DNA of 6,115 nucleotides from a virus (Duplodnaviria; Heunggongvirae; Uroviricota; Caudoviricetes): IMG/VR virus record IMGVR_UViG_2684622618_000021; one strand, 5' to 3'. Shown piece by piece: positions 5,570 to 6,115 of this stretch (position 1 is its first letter; each line of letters starts with the position of its first letter). The notes under the pieces were generated by a model. It saw only the letters and a program-made list of their open reading frames with translations, ran no database searches and was not told where the DNA came from. The position numbers and the translations under genes were made by a program.

Positions 5570-5842
5570 TTTATCCTCCATTAAGGGCTGAATTAAAAAT
5601 GGAGACCAACACGCTGCTACGTGTGGTCGTGCGCCGGACACAGATAAGAATCCGGCACTGACAGTTTACTGAAAGGATATATCCCTGAAAAGTCAGGGCA
5701 TAACACGAAAGTGCACGGCGAAGTCCTTCTCCCTTAGAGCCGTCGTTAAATTTAATTCGACCGTGCGCTTCCGGTTGTGGCAATCCGCGAAATGGCGCGG
5801 CGGTAAGTATGGCGGGGTTATTCTTTCCCCGTTGAGGACACC

Positions 5843-5879
5843 GGGTTGTCAGGTTGACCATACGCTTAAGTGACAACCC
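5843..5879 (+). other. 9-bp stem-loop upstream of the DicF-like sRNA; candidate processing structure
   Basis: gggttgtca (5843-5851) pairs with tgacaaccc (5871-5879) around a 19-nt loop, ending 27 nt before the DicF-like sequence. Confidence 0.35.
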
Positions 5880-5905
5880 CGCTGCAACGCCCTCTGTTAT
5901 CAATA

Positions 5906-5963
5906 TTCTGGTGACATTTGGCGGTATCAGTTTTACTCCGTAACTGCTCTGCCGCCCTTTTTT
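5906..5963 (+). ncRNA. dicF: DicF-like small regulatory RNA with 3' intrinsic terminator
   Basis: ttctggtgacatttggcggtatcagttttactccgtaactgctctgccgccc followed by a T6 run matches my recollection of the roughly 53-nt E. coli DicF with a few substitutions. ggcgg (5920-5924) and ccgcc (5952-5956) can pair ahead of the T-run. Lies downstream of ydfA/B-like genes as in the Qin dicB operon. Confidence 0.6.
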
Positions 5964-6115
5964 AAAAGTGAATTTTGTGATGCGGTGAATGCGGCTCAGC
6001 GCACGCGGAACAGTTAAATCGGTAAAGCGGTCATTTGCTGAGTAACGAGAATGCTCTGTATCCGGCGTTAATTGTTAACTGGTTAACGTCACCTGGAGGC
6101 ACCAGGCACCGCATC

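Noticed and set aside
5571-5903. 110-aa minus-strand ORF upstream of the small Cys/His-rich gene
   Set aside because: Starts with TTG, has a Cys/Arg/Thr-rich low-complexity translation, and overlaps the stem-loop and DicF precursor region; judged non-coding.
6060-6115. Start of dicB expected downstream of DicF
   Set aside because: A GGAGG is present near 6097 but no start codon or ORF begins before the window ends; dicB, if present, lies beyond the window.
1-6115. Scan for tRNA genes, CRISPR arrays, IS-element terminal inverted repeats and integrase/att sites
   Set aside because: No cloverleaf-compatible sequence, no regularly spaced repeat array and no transposase or integrase ORF were seen; the only repeats are the short ones reported.

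Overview
The window reads as the immunity / early-replication region of a lambdoid (Rac/Qin-type) cryptic prophage of an Escherichia-like enterobacterium. All calls rest on reading the sequence and on recalled family features; no database search was possible. Leftward (minus strand) from a divergent operator region at 3218-3325 runs an early operon: Cro/YdaS-like HTH, YdaT-like (CII-position) protein, one hypothetical gene, an O-like replication initiator and a DnaC-like helicase loader that runs off the window. Rightward (plus strand) runs a DicA/PaaR-like repressor co-oriented with a 63-aa antitoxin and a ParE-like toxin, then a terminator. A second near-identical copy of the operator sits on a promoter that drives ydfA/ydfB-like genes, a longer gene in the ydfC position and a DicF-like sRNA. 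The best candidate for something new is a small Cys/His-rich ORF on the opposite strand just upstream of DicF. Other points worth a second look are a possible -1 frameshift at an A7 run, iteron-like repeats inside the O-like gene, and a 50-N gap that looks like an assembly artefact. The toxin-antitoxin cassette resembles the described PaaR-PaaA-ParE three-component system rather than an undescribed one.
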